Shown here: in pieces, positions 27,621 through 35,281 of the stretch | Position numbering within the stretch: the first letter of the stretch is position 1 | How the letters are laid out: the number at the start of each line of letters is the position of its first letter | Source: a virus | Taxonomy: Duplodnaviria; Caudoviricetes | DNA: 49,174 bases | IMG/VR virus record: IMGVR_UViG_3300016665_000612 | Location: 1-49,174 of that record | Strand: one strand, 5' to 3' | Notes under the pieces: generated by a model | The model's input: the letters and a program-made list of their open reading frames with translations, nothing else | Database searches by the model: none | Told to the model about the DNA's origin: nothing | Made by a program: the position numbers and the translations under genes

Positions 27621-27806
27621 ATTTACCAGTAAAGTGTGATTGATAATATGGTTAGAACTCGATCAGAGTTAGTCAACACATACCCAAATTGCCATACAGC
27701 CATGGTTTCTAGGGCTTTTGAGGGCTGCAAGCGAGTGAGCTCGTCTAGTCTCGCTAATCTCACCAGAAGATGAATCTACTTAAGGGCATAAGTAGATCTG
27801 GTAAAT
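27621..27806 (+). ncRNA. putative structured ncRNA (~186 nt)
   Basis: Closing helix ATTTACCAG/CTGGTAAAT between two tRNAs; internal hairpins. Confidence 0.4.
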
Positions 27807-27884
27807 GGCTTCGTCGTCTAACTGGAATAGGACGCTAGACTTTCAATCTGGACAATGCGGGTTCGAATCCCGTCGAAGTCACCA
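27807..27884 (+). tRNA. tRNA-Glu(TTC)
   Basis: CTAGA-CTTTCAA-TCTGG; CCA end. Confidence 0.9.
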
Positions 27885-27940
27885 TGCCTAGAAGCTTTCT
27901 ATGCAGCTTCTTTGCGATATCTTAACAAGGCATAGAGAAT

Positions 27941-28013
27941 GGGGCCGTAGCTCAATTGGGAGAGCAAGTGCTTTGCAAGCACAAGGTTGGGGGTTCGATT
28001 CCCTTCGGTTCCA
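27941..28013 (+). tRNA. tRNA-Ala(TGC)
   Basis: Canonical cloverleaf, G3-U70. Confidence 0.9.
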
Positions 28014-28130
28014 CTAACAGAACTCAGCAAAGAGTTGTTCGTTAACATCCAAAAGAACTACAGGTGACGATCTGTGGGTGATATGGCAGGGGTTAACAAT
28101 AAGAACGAAACGACCGATATGTCCTGTTTA

Positions 28131-28202
28131 GGGGGTAGCTAGTGGGCTAGACTGTTGCCTTGCAAGCATCAGGTGAGGATTCGACTTCCTCTATCTCCAC
28201 CA
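28131..28202 (+). tRNA. tRNA-Ala(TGC), atypical
   Basis: GGGGGTA/TATCTCC-A-CCA with G3-U70; CTTGCAA loop; shortened D-arm. Confidence 0.6.
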
Positions 28203-28273
28203 CAAACAACTGTCAAGGTTTGAGGATTATTCCAGCAATTTGAATGCTGCTAATCGTGTTACTTGACAAAGCT

Positions 28274-28344
28274 AGGGTCATGGTGTAATGTAACATGCAA
28301 GTCTCCAAAACTTGAAGATGTAGGTTCAAGTCCTTCTGATCCTG
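28274..28344 (+). tRNA. tRNA-Trp(CCA)
   Basis: CAAGT-CTCCAAA-ACTTG. Confidence 0.8.
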
Positions 28345-28350
28345 TTTCAT

Positions 28351-28436
28351 GCGAGCGTGGTGTAATGGCAGCCACGAGGGACTCAAAATCCCTTTTCCGA
28401 AAGGAAGTGTCGGTTCAAGTCCGACCGCTCGTACCA
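28351..28436 (+). tRNA. tRNA-Leu(CAA), long variable arm
   Basis: AGGGA-CTCAAAA-TCCCT; CCA end. Confidence 0.9.
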
Positions 28437-28506
28437 CAAAAAATGTTGAGGTTTTGGGGGGTGTTCCGCTAAAAGTCTAGAACATCGTGTTTCCCTCATC
28501 AATATT

Positions 28507-28584
28507 GCAGCGGTAGCCCAAGAGTAGAGGCAATTCCCAAAAATGGGGAATCAAGTGTTGGTTCGTATCCAACTCGCTGCACCA
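28507..28584 (+). tRNA. atypical tRNA with a non-canonical anticodon arm
   Basis: GCAGCGG/TCGCTGC-A-CCA; ATTCCC-AAAAATG-GGGAAT. Confidence 0.5.
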
Positions 28585-28660
28585 TACCTTTCGTCTAGCT
28601 ACAAGGACAGAGGGGAAGAGCCCTCAAACGTTAGTGGAAATCTCACAAGGTATAATCTAA

Positions 28661-28735
28661 GCGGGATTAGTGTTTAACGGCCAAGCATCACTGTGCTCCA
28701 CACAGAAGGTAGGGGTTCGATTCCCCTATTCCGCT
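28661..28735 (+). tRNA. tRNA-Gly(TCC)-like, atypical anticodon loop
   Basis: GCGGGAT/ATTCCGC-T acceptor; CTGT-GCTCCAC-ACAG. Confidence 0.55.
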
Positions 28736-28781
28736 CAATTTTCCTCTTGACTCGAAAACCAAATCAAGGCTAAATGAGAAC

Positions 28782-29129
28782 ATGCCAAAGAAACAGATTG
28801 ATCAGGAAGATCCCAACAGTCCGTTCGTCTATGTGAAACTTTACATCTCACTTGGAGATGCTGATGACAGAATTGAAGGTGTGCTTGTAGCACCCCGAAA
28901 TGAATGGGAAGCAGATTTCAAGAAGTTTCAAGACAGTTTGAAAGGTGCTCGATCCACAAAGGAGATTGAACATTACGATGGCTACGGTTTCGTAGTGAAG
29001 CCATCTGATTGGACAGTAAAGTCAGCAACCACTGAAGAAGCAGAAGTTCTTCAGAAGTTCATTGGGAGAGATTTCAGTTTCAAGTGGCCATCAGAGTTCA
29101 TTGACATTGAAGATGTTTATTATGGCTGA
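28782..29129 (+). CDS. hypothetical protein
   Basis: 115 aa ORF after a TTGACT promoter. Confidence 0.65.
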   Translation: MPKKQIDQEDPNSPFVYVKLYISLGDADDRIEGVLVAPRNEWEADFKKFQDSLKGARSTKEIEHYDGYGFVVKPSDWTVKSATTEEAEVLQKFIGRDFSFKWPSEFIDIEDVYYG

Positions 29130-29297
29130 ACATAAACGTTGACACTAGATACATTCCGGCGCTTGTAAACGCCAATGGTGAAGATCAGCTAGTCAATTTG
29201 GTGGCCTAAGCAGAACACCAGTTGGAAATGCCAAAATTGCTTACCACGGGAAAGCAGCTTCTTTTCCACAAAATTGACAATAGTTCATAATTTCCTT

Positions 29298-29371
29298 GCG
29301 GGTTTAGTTTAAAGGTAAAACATCACGCTTCCAACGTGGTCTTGTCGGTTCAATTCCGTCAATCCGCTCCA
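29298..29371 (+). tRNA. tRNA-Gly(TCC)
   Basis: TCACG-CTTCCAA-CGTGG; CCA end. Confidence 0.9.
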
Positions 29372-29501
29372 AGCATAGTTTCGATTCTATAATTTCGCTA
29401 GTCGGATGTTGTGGGTTCGAGTCCCATTGCCTGCTCTAAACTGATTAATCAATCAGGTTTAAAACTGTAAAAAAAGTTTGTAGTGTAAAACTACAAACAA
29501 C

Positions 29502-30098
29502 ATGACAAAACCAGCATACACACATATCATTTCAATTCTTGACACAAGCGGCTCTATGATTGATATCATCAATGAACTTGCGGATTCATTTGAATCTTTT
29601 TGTCTGCGCCAGAAAGAAGTCCTTGGTGATGTAACATGTTCCGTGTACACATTCAGCAGTCTTGTTAAGAAAACGGAATCGTTTGTTGATATTGTCAACA
29701 ACGTTATCAAGCTTCCTCGGGCAGCGGGTGGTGGAACTGCTCTTTTTGATGCGATTGGGTATGCCTTGAACACTGAAGGTGCCGCTCTGAGCGCCATGCC
29801 TGAAGAGCAACGCCCTTCAAAAGTTATTGTCACCATTCTTACTGATGGCGAAGAGAATTCTTCGAAAGAGTTTCGTGGTGAGCGAGGCAGACTAAAAATT
29901 AAAGAGATGCTAGAACACCAGCAATCGAAATATAGCTGGGAAGTGATGTTTCTAGGAGCAAACATTGATGCTCAAGCAACAGGTGCTTCAATTGGGGTTG
30001 TGAACTCTATTGCGTATGCTGCTGATGCTACTGGTACTCGTGAAGCTTACAGAAGCGTAACTGCCAATGTTCTTCGTAGCAGGATGACAAATCCTTGA
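29502..30098 (+). CDS. von Willebrand factor A (vWA) domain protein
   Basis: MIDAS motif ILDTSGSM, TALFDAIG, ILTDGEENSS, FLGAN. Confidence 0.85.
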   Translation: MTKPAYTHIISILDTSGSMIDIINELADSFESFCLRQKEVLGDVTCSVYTFSSLVKKTESFVDIVNNVIKLPRAAGGGTALFDAIGYALNTEGAALSAMPEEQRPSKVIVTILTDGEENSSKEFRGERGRLKIKEMLEHQQSKYSWEVMFLGANIDAQATGASIGVVNSIAYAADATGTREAYRSVTANVLRSRMTNP

Positions 30099-30295
30099 AA
30101 AACAAAAAGGAACAACTTCTAGTTTATTTAGAACCCGATTCTATGAGTGGGGAGTGTGCAACCACTCCAACAAAGAGCCAGCTTGAAGCTGGCCTTAACC
30201 TGTATGTTGCAACATACGGTTCTTTCACAATCCAAGCAGTACGACCTGCCACTCCGAAAGAAATCAAAGTTGCAATCAAAAACCTGAAGATGTAG
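30095..30295 (+). CDS. hypothetical protein
   Basis: TTG start overlapping the vWA stop. Confidence 0.5.
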   Translation: MKNKKEQLLVYLEPDSMSGECATTPTKSQLEAGLNLYVATYGSFTIQAVRPATPKEIKVAIKNLKM

Positions 30296-30305
30296 TCTTG
30301 GTCTT

Positions 30306-30584
30306 ATGGCTCGTGTAAAATCAAGATCTCTAAACCAAGACACATCTTTTTGGATGATTCGACGAAAAACTGATGGGTCTTTTTCTAATGGAAAAAACCA
30401 TTTCCCCAGCTTCGGCAAAACGGGTAAGATGTTTAAAAGCCATTCCCTGCTTTTAAGGCATATTGCAATAGCAAAGAAGTTCCAAGAAAAACACAAGCTC
30501 CAACCATATCTTGAGGATTGTGAAGTGGTTGAGTTTTCATTCACAGAAGTTTGTTCGTTGCCTGCTGCCACTTACGGCAAATGA
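30306..30584 (+). CDS. hypothetical protein
   Basis: 92 aa ORF. Confidence 0.6.
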   Translation: MARVKSRSLNQDTSFWMIRRKTDGSFSNGKNHFPSFGKTGKMFKSHSLLLRHIAIAKKFQEKHKLQPYLEDCEVVEFSFTEVCSLPAATYGK

Positions 30585-30717
30585 GTTTTCGATACAAAAA
30601 ACACAAAACTGTCTATAGTTAAAAGAACCATAGGCACCGCTGATTGGTTCCTCCGCTGAATTGGTGGTAAAGTTCAGTCGAATTAAGCATGACACTAACA
30701 TGGTTAAAAAAAGTGAT

Positions 30718-30791
30718 TCTAGGGTAGGCTAAACAGGTAAGCCGCTGTGCTGTTAACACAGAAGATGTAGGTTCGAATCCTTCCCTTGGAG
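30718..30791 (+). tRNA. tRNA-Asn(GTT)
   Basis: CTGTG-CTGTTAA-CACAG. Confidence 0.85.
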
Positions 30792-30816
30792 CTAAGAAAC
30801 TCTAATACTTAGGGTT

Positions 30817-31584
30817 ATGTCTTTACAAACTCTTATTGACTCTCTTGTGCTTGATGCAGCCTTGCTTGAAGGGGTGATGGACAAAGAGACAACAATGATA
30901 TCAAGGTTGGCAGTTCAAAAACTGAAGAGTTTTATTGGCTCATCTAAGTCTACAAAACTGAAGAAAACCTCTTTAGAGTTTGAAACAACTGTTAATGGTT
31001 CTCCTTTGGATGTTCTAATCCAAGTTTTACCAATGAAGTTGTCAAACACTTTAAAAGCAGGTAGTGGCGAGTTTCAAACCTATCGCTACAAAAGTGATCC
31101 TAAGCAGGGTGCCGTGTTGCCGTCGTTACCCAACGACAAACTGGTTCTAAATGTCATTGTTCCACTTGATAGAAGAGTGATTGAAAACAGCCAGTGGGAG
31201 CCTTTTGTGCTGACGTTTAAATCAGTAATCAGGCATGAGTTAGAGCACTCAAGACAGAAAGCCCGCAGCAATAAAACAGCATTGGCGAACCCAACAAGTT
31301 TTTTTGGTGCTGAACTTGATACTGAGCAGATTTTTGTTGACCCCGAAGCTGCTTTGAGATATTATACTTCTCCTCATGAGGTTGAAGCGTATGTGATGCA
31401 AATCTACAGAACAGCCAAGATGAAAAAAATTCCCTTTACAAAAGCTCTCAAAGAGTATATAACAGGATCACTAGGACAAAACATCTTGAGAGGAATGGGA
31501 GTCGCAAAAGGTATCAAAGTCCTGAACACAATCAAGAAAGCTTGGTTAGATTACGCTTCCAAACGCCTTCCTGGCGTTGTTTGA
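30817..31584 (+). CDS. putative zincin-like metallopeptidase (paralog of 37468..38157)
   Basis: VIRHELEH..Q and YY.SPHEVEAYVM. Confidence 0.6.
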   Translation: MSLQTLIDSLVLDAALLEGVMDKETTMISRLAVQKLKSFIGSSKSTKLKKTSLEFETTVNGSPLDVLIQVLPMKLSNTLKAGSGEFQTYRYKSDPKQGAVLPSLPNDKLVLNVIVPLDRRVIENSQWEPFVLTFKSVIRHELEHSRQKARSNKTALANPTSFFGAELDTEQIFVDPEAALRYYTSPHEVEAYVMQIYRTAKMKKIPFTKALKEYITGSLGQNILRGMGVAKGIKVLNTIKKAWLDYASKRLPGVV

Positions 31585-31590
31585 TTCAAT

Positions 31591-31663
31591 GGACCTATGG
31601 CCTAACGGTTAAGGCACCGGGCTTATATCCCGCAAGATCTCAGTTCAAATCTGAGTAGGTCTA
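31591..31663 (+). tRNA. tRNA-Ile(TAT)
   Basis: CGGG-CTTATAT-CCCG; canonical D and T arms. Confidence 0.8.
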
Positions 31664-31667
31664 CTAT

Positions 31668-31745
31668 GTCGCTGTATGCCGCCTGCCTTCTAAGCAGGAG
31701 AAAGCTAACTGGAATAACATGGGGGTTCGAGTCCCTTCAGCGATG
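31668..31745 (+). tRNA. D-arm-less, rearranged tRNA-Arg(TCT)
   Basis: GTCGCTG/CAGCGAT-G; CCTGC-CTTCTAA-GCAGG only 7 nt after the acceptor strand; D-loop-like GCTAACTGGAATA lies 3' of the anticodon arm. Confidence 0.65.
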
Positions 31746-31792
31746 CTAAAAATGTGGTTTCAACTGCTAATTGGAACATGTAGAACATACAT

Positions 31793-32155
31793 ATGACCAA
31801 GAGTAAAATGGCAGAAAACACCGAACACAATCTTTCTCCTCTGATTGGGAAAAAAATAAAGTCAATCTCGCTTCAAGAAGTTGATGTATATAAAACAGGA
31901 GAAAATATAAGACAGTTTTATGTTATTAGTTGTACGGATGGTGAAAAGTTTGTTCTGGCATTAGATGGTTGTAACGTCAAACAATATGCCAAAGCAGATC
32001 TTCTAGAGGTTGACGAGTTTTATGATTTTCTAGAAAGTATTGAGTGCGAATCTCTCGACGATGACGATGAGTATGTTGAAGATTCGGATGATATCGAAGA
32101 TTCGGATGACTATTATTCCGAATCTCTCTTCGACAGCAACGAAGAAGATGATTGA
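31793..32155 (+). CDS. hypothetical protein with acidic C-terminus
   Basis: 120 aa ORF with a D/E-rich tail. Confidence 0.65.
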   Translation: MTKSKMAENTEHNLSPLIGKKIKSISLQEVDVYKTGENIRQFYVISCTDGEKFVLALDGCNVKQYAKADLLEVDEFYDFLESIECESLDDDDEYVEDSDDIEDSDDYYSESLFDSNEEDD

Positions 32156-32190
32156 CAGATGTTAGAGAGAGTGTTATGCTCTTCAAATAT

Positions 32191-32258
32191 GCGGGTATGT
32201 AACGGTTACATGATGCCATGCCACGGCAACAGTGAGGATTCGACTTCCTCTATCCGCT
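32191..32258 (+). tRNA. tRNA-Gly(GCC), atypical
   Basis: GCGGGTA/TATCCGC-T; TGCC-ATGCCAC-GGCA; T-arm identical to the atypical Ala at 28131. Confidence 0.55.
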
Positions 32259-32269
32259 CTGATTGAAAT

Positions 32270-32341
32270 GGGTCCAAAGCTTTAATGGTGAAGCAACTGG
32301 CTCTTAACCAGAAGAACTCGGATCGTTACCGAGTGGACCCA
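32270..32341 (+). tRNA. tRNA-Lys(CTT)
   Basis: CTGG-CTCTTAA-CCAG; variant T-loop ATCGTTA. Confidence 0.8.
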
Positions 32342-32350
32342 CAACGTGAT

Positions 32351-32906
32351 GAATAAGTAGGTCGTCGAAAGTTCATCAAATGAATCCCTGCAATAACGAA
32401 GTTCCTCTGTCAACCATTATTGACATGAATAGGTGTAGGGTGGAGTCAACACATGCTGGATGGGTGCTACGGCCCCGTGCAATCTTGCAATGATTGGCGA
32501 AAGGACACCGAAAGGTCAGCCCGGACTGTGGAAAAACGTAGCACAGTAGCTCCCCTCTAGGAAGCCCACACAGCATAGCGTTCAGGGAGAGGGGGAAGTG
32601 TGGTAGAGTGAACGTACCCACGCCGTCTTTAATCAGACGTTAAAAATCCTCCAGGGCATCTAGGCCGATCTTGGTTGCAAAACCTTACTGGATGTTCTAA
32701 TGTCGAAAAACAGGAGAACTAGACACTGGCTGAGAGTTCTCAGCATTCTCTACAAGAGATCGCTTGAGAGAGATTAACAGAGTGACGAGTGAGGAGAACG
32801 AAGCCTCATAGGATAACAACCAGCAAAGGCATATCAAGCACCTAGCCGCTTAGGGAGGTAAGTTTGACAATCCTTTGGAGACAGTTAAGTAAAAGCTCAC
32901 TTATTC
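32351..32906 (+). ncRNA. large structured ncRNA (~556 nt)
   Basis: GAATAAGT/ACTTATTC closing helix, many internal hairpins, no credible ORF. Confidence 0.6.
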
Positions 32907-32917
32907 TTTACAAGAAG

Positions 32918-32943
32918 CTTGACACATCGGAGAGACGGTGATA
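32918..32943 (+). repeat. 26-bp duplicated promoter (copy at 35051..35076)
   Basis: CTTGACACATCGGAGAGACGGTGATA identical in both places. Confidence 0.85.
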
Positions 32944-32947
32944 AGTT

Positions 32948-33045
32948 GGGCATAACTCCTGTGACGGAATCGCCTCGCAGAAAGGAAGATCAGGAGTGGT
33001 AACTAGCGGCGATTAAAGTGGATTCGACTTCCACTGTGTCCACCA
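32948..33045 (+). ncRNA. tRNA-like minihelix with an internal pseudoknot
   Basis: GGGCATA/TGTGTCC-A-CCA, T-arm GTGGA-TTCGACT-TCCAC, crossing helices ACTCCTG/CAGGAGT and AATCGCC/GGCGATT. Confidence 0.55.
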
Positions 33046-33046
33046 T

Positions 33047-33119
33047 CAGAATATGGCGTAACCTGGCAGCGTCCCCCATTTGGAGTGGGGAGGTATAAGT
33101 TCAAATCTTATTATTCTGA
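33047..33119 (+). tRNA. tRNA-Pro(TGG)
   Basis: CCCCA-TTTGGAG-TGGGG. Confidence 0.85.
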
Positions 33120-33316
33120 CCGATGCCAACCTTAGTTGGCAAGGACTCTTCGGAGTCAGTGTCTAGGTTCCAAGCAACAAATCTAGTGAGGCACTTACAG
33201 TAACCCCACACTTCGTTTGTTGTGTTTAACCTAGAAAAATAATGCATAGATGCAACTAAATGCATTGCACCAACAGTTGCGATCTTTCGGTGGATGAAAA
33301 CTGCAAAACCGTATTT

Positions 33317-33419
33317 CGGTTTGGTGGTGTTAATTGGAAAGAAAACCCGGGAAACGCTTTCCATAGGCAACATGAAGGTATGAAAACCTTAGATTTGGGT
33401 TCGAGCCCCAGCCAACCGA
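33317..33419 (+). tRNA. atypical tRNA (Phe GAA-like) with a large D-loop hairpin insertion
   Basis: T-arm TTGGG-TTCGAGC-CCCAG; TGGAAAG...CTTTCCA hairpin in the D-loop; AAGGT-ATGAAA-ACCTT. Confidence 0.45.
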
Positions 33420-33542
33420 CCTTACAGTGAAAGACTTAGCACTGTCTAATCCCAGGAGTCACTCTTTGATTGGAATGCCGGTTGTTTCAAGAAAAGGGTA
33501 GAGTGCTAGGCTCGTAACACTCTATAATCCAACGAGCCGTGA

Positions 33543-33615
33543 GCCCCTTTAGCCATCTGGTGATGACGCTTGCCTTACAAGCAAGTTCAGGTGAGTTCGA
33601 TCCTCACAGGGGGTA
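33543..33615 (+). tRNA. tRNA-Val(TAC)
   Basis: CTTGC-CTTACAA-GCAAG. Confidence 0.85.
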
Positions 33616-33653
33616 CTGTAATAAAACAAGCTTAATTACCAAGTTAATATTAT

Positions 33654-34136
33654 ATGCAAGAACCAAAACCGCCCGTAATGCCAGTTGAGTTAGTTGTCCA
33701 ACCTGAAACAAAAGTTGTTGTTCTGGCACAAAAAATATTTTGCCTGGATGAACACATTAAGGACATAAAAGAATTCAACTACCAATATCGCAGATATAAT
33801 TTGATAGATGGTTGTACGTTTCATAACTTCGATTATGAAAACAACTTCTTTTCTCTTCAAGAGATTTTGAAGGCTTCTCAAGGTTTATCACCTGAGTTAA
33901 TTCGAATCTCTGGGGAAAGAGATAGAGAAGTTAGTTTTGTGATTGCTTCAATCGTTTATGAATCTCCATACTCCGAAGAAGAACTTACGGAGTTGAAAAA
34001 GAAAAACCTTGCTGCAAGAGCAAAATACGAAAAAGAATATGCTGCTTATCAAGCAGAACTGAAAAAGTTTGAAGCTGCAATGCTAAAAAAGCATATCAAA
34101 GAATTGCAAGAACGTCTTGAAAAGATGAAGAAATGA
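33654..34136 (+). CDS. hypothetical protein with C-terminal coiled coil
   Basis: 160 aa ORF. Confidence 0.65.
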   Translation: MQEPKPPVMPVELVVQPETKVVVLAQKIFCLDEHIKDIKEFNYQYRRYNLIDGCTFHNFDYENNFFSLQEILKASQGLSPELIRISGERDREVSFVIASIVYESPYSEEELTELKKKNLAARAKYEKEYAAYQAELKKFEAAMLKKHIKELQERLEKMKK

Positions 34137-34372
34137 ACAGTCTTTTAGAAGCAATGGTTTTCAGGATTATTCGAAAACAGTGTTGTCGTCCTGATTACTG
34201 TCACAGTTGCAATCAATACATTGATCCTGAGTGTTGCCACTGTGGAACAGAAAAGAACCATCATTACTACGAAGAGCACATGTTTGTTCCATCGGGTTGT
34301 CTTTGTGGGTATTCTGATCGTCGAGCAAACTGGTATTGTTACGAACACAACACTCGATGCAAAACCAGTTGA
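34133..34372 (+). CDS. Cys/His-rich zinc-binding protein
   Basis: Multiple CxxC pairs; ATGA overlap. Confidence 0.6.
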   Translation: MNSLLEAMVFRIIRKQCCRPDYCHSCNQYIDPECCHCGTEKNHHYYEEHMFVPSGCLCGYSDRRANWYCYEHNTRCKTS

Positions 34373-34406
34373 CAAGCTCAGAGAAACTTGGTAGAGTGTA
34401 AAAGTA

Positions 34407-34551
34407 ATCAGGCGGTGGGCTTAGAAGCAGCCATCCTTAATGAATACAGCAAGTGCCACGCAGGGTGCGAAAAGCAGTAGTATGGTAACAGTACAAGCTG
34501 TGATGTGCCAGTGGGAAACATGAGTTGTTTTGGCGTGATAGCGCACCTGAT
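34407..34551 (+). ncRNA. RNA resembling 23S rRNA helices 43-44 (uL11-binding GTPase-associated centre) with an internal expansion
   Basis: GGCTTAGAAGCAGCCATC.TTAA.GA ... GCGTGATAGCGCAC closed by ATCAGG/CCTGAT; directly after the promoter TTGACA (34369)-TAGAGT. Confidence 0.7.
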
Positions 34552-34558
34552 ATGAATT

Positions 34559-34630
34559 GGCTCTGTGGGCTAACGAAGTCGTCCGGCGTGGAGTCGGAAA
34601 ATGCAAGTTCGACGCTTGCTGGAGCCGCCA
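34559..34630 (+). tRNA. tRNA-Pro(TGG)-like, atypical
   Basis: GGCTCTG/TGGAGCC-G-CCA; TCCGG-CGTGGAG-TCGGA. Confidence 0.5.
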
Positions 34631-34637
34631 TCAACAA

Positions 34638-34913
34638 ATGGAAACACCTAAGACCCATGCAGGGTTGGTTTGGTTGTTGCGTTTGGTGATCACCTATCAA
34701 CTTGGGTTTTTAAATAAACTCCCCAGCCTAGCCCGCAGTCGCGGAGGATGTCTGGTGTAATCGCAAGATTTGAAGTTGAATGGGTAGTGGTGGCAGGGGC
34801 ACTATAAACCCCTCCAAACCAAGTTTAAAACTTACAACTATTTTGGCCACTTGGTTGGGGCAAAAAACAAAATGGTTGGACCATCAGCCAGAGTCGCTGC
34901 TCAGGGTGTTCAT
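34638..34913 (+). ncRNA. putative structured ncRNA (~275 nt)
   Basis: AACACCT/GGGTGTT closing helix; TAGTG/CACTA hairpin whose loop AGGGG can pair with downstream CCCCT. Confidence 0.5.
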
Positions 34914-34938
34914 GCGGTAAGATGGTAGCCGTATACAT

Positions 34939-35011
34939 GGGTCCGAAAGCTTTAGTGGATGAGCCTCGGTCTTTTAAACCGATGAAGAGGGATCGTTACC
35001 CTACGGACCCA
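34939..35011 (+). tRNA. tRNA-Lys(TTT)
   Basis: TCGGT-CTTTTAA-ACCGA; T-loop ATCGTTA. Confidence 0.8.
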
Positions 35012-35089
35012 CTAAGGGGCACAAAGTCAACTCCCCCATAAAACTGCGCACTTGACACATCGGAGAGACGGTGATAGTATAGTTTCAAT

Positions 35090-35161
35090 GGCTCTGAAGC
35101 TCAACGGTCGAGCGGCGGTTTGTTAAACCGATGGAAGTGGGTTCAACTCCCACCGGGGCCT
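35090..35161 (+). tRNA. tRNA-Asn(GTT)
   Basis: CGGT-TTGTTAA-ACCG. Confidence 0.8.
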
Positions 35162-35166
35162 CTAAT

Positions 35167-35254
35167 GAGTCGTGAGAGGCGGTGGTTCCGCACGGGGGCT
35201 CGTACATCCCCCAGCTCTTAGGAGTTTTAGGTTCGAATCCTTTCACACTCACCA
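35167..35254 (+). tRNA. atypical tRNA-Tyr(GTA)-like
   Basis: GGGGG-CTCGTACAT-CCCC (9-nt loop), long variable arm, T-arm, ACCA end. Confidence 0.45.
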
Positions 35255-35281
35255 ATCTCGATAACAAACAACAGGAATAAA

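Noticed and set aside
30632-30690. HDV-like/theta ribozyme near tRNA-Asn (contains TTCCTC)
   Set aside because: I could not build the nested double pseudoknot by eye, and it is not at a tRNA 3' end; a motif search would settle it.
32351-33045. Full-length tmRNA or RNase P RNA
   Set aside because: No tmRNA 5' end with a tag reading frame pairs with the ACCA end, and there is no RNase P P4 signature.
34407-34551. True rRNA gene or host contamination
   Set aside because: Only ~45 nt match 23S, interrupted by an insert and flanked by a phage promoter and tRNA-like genes.
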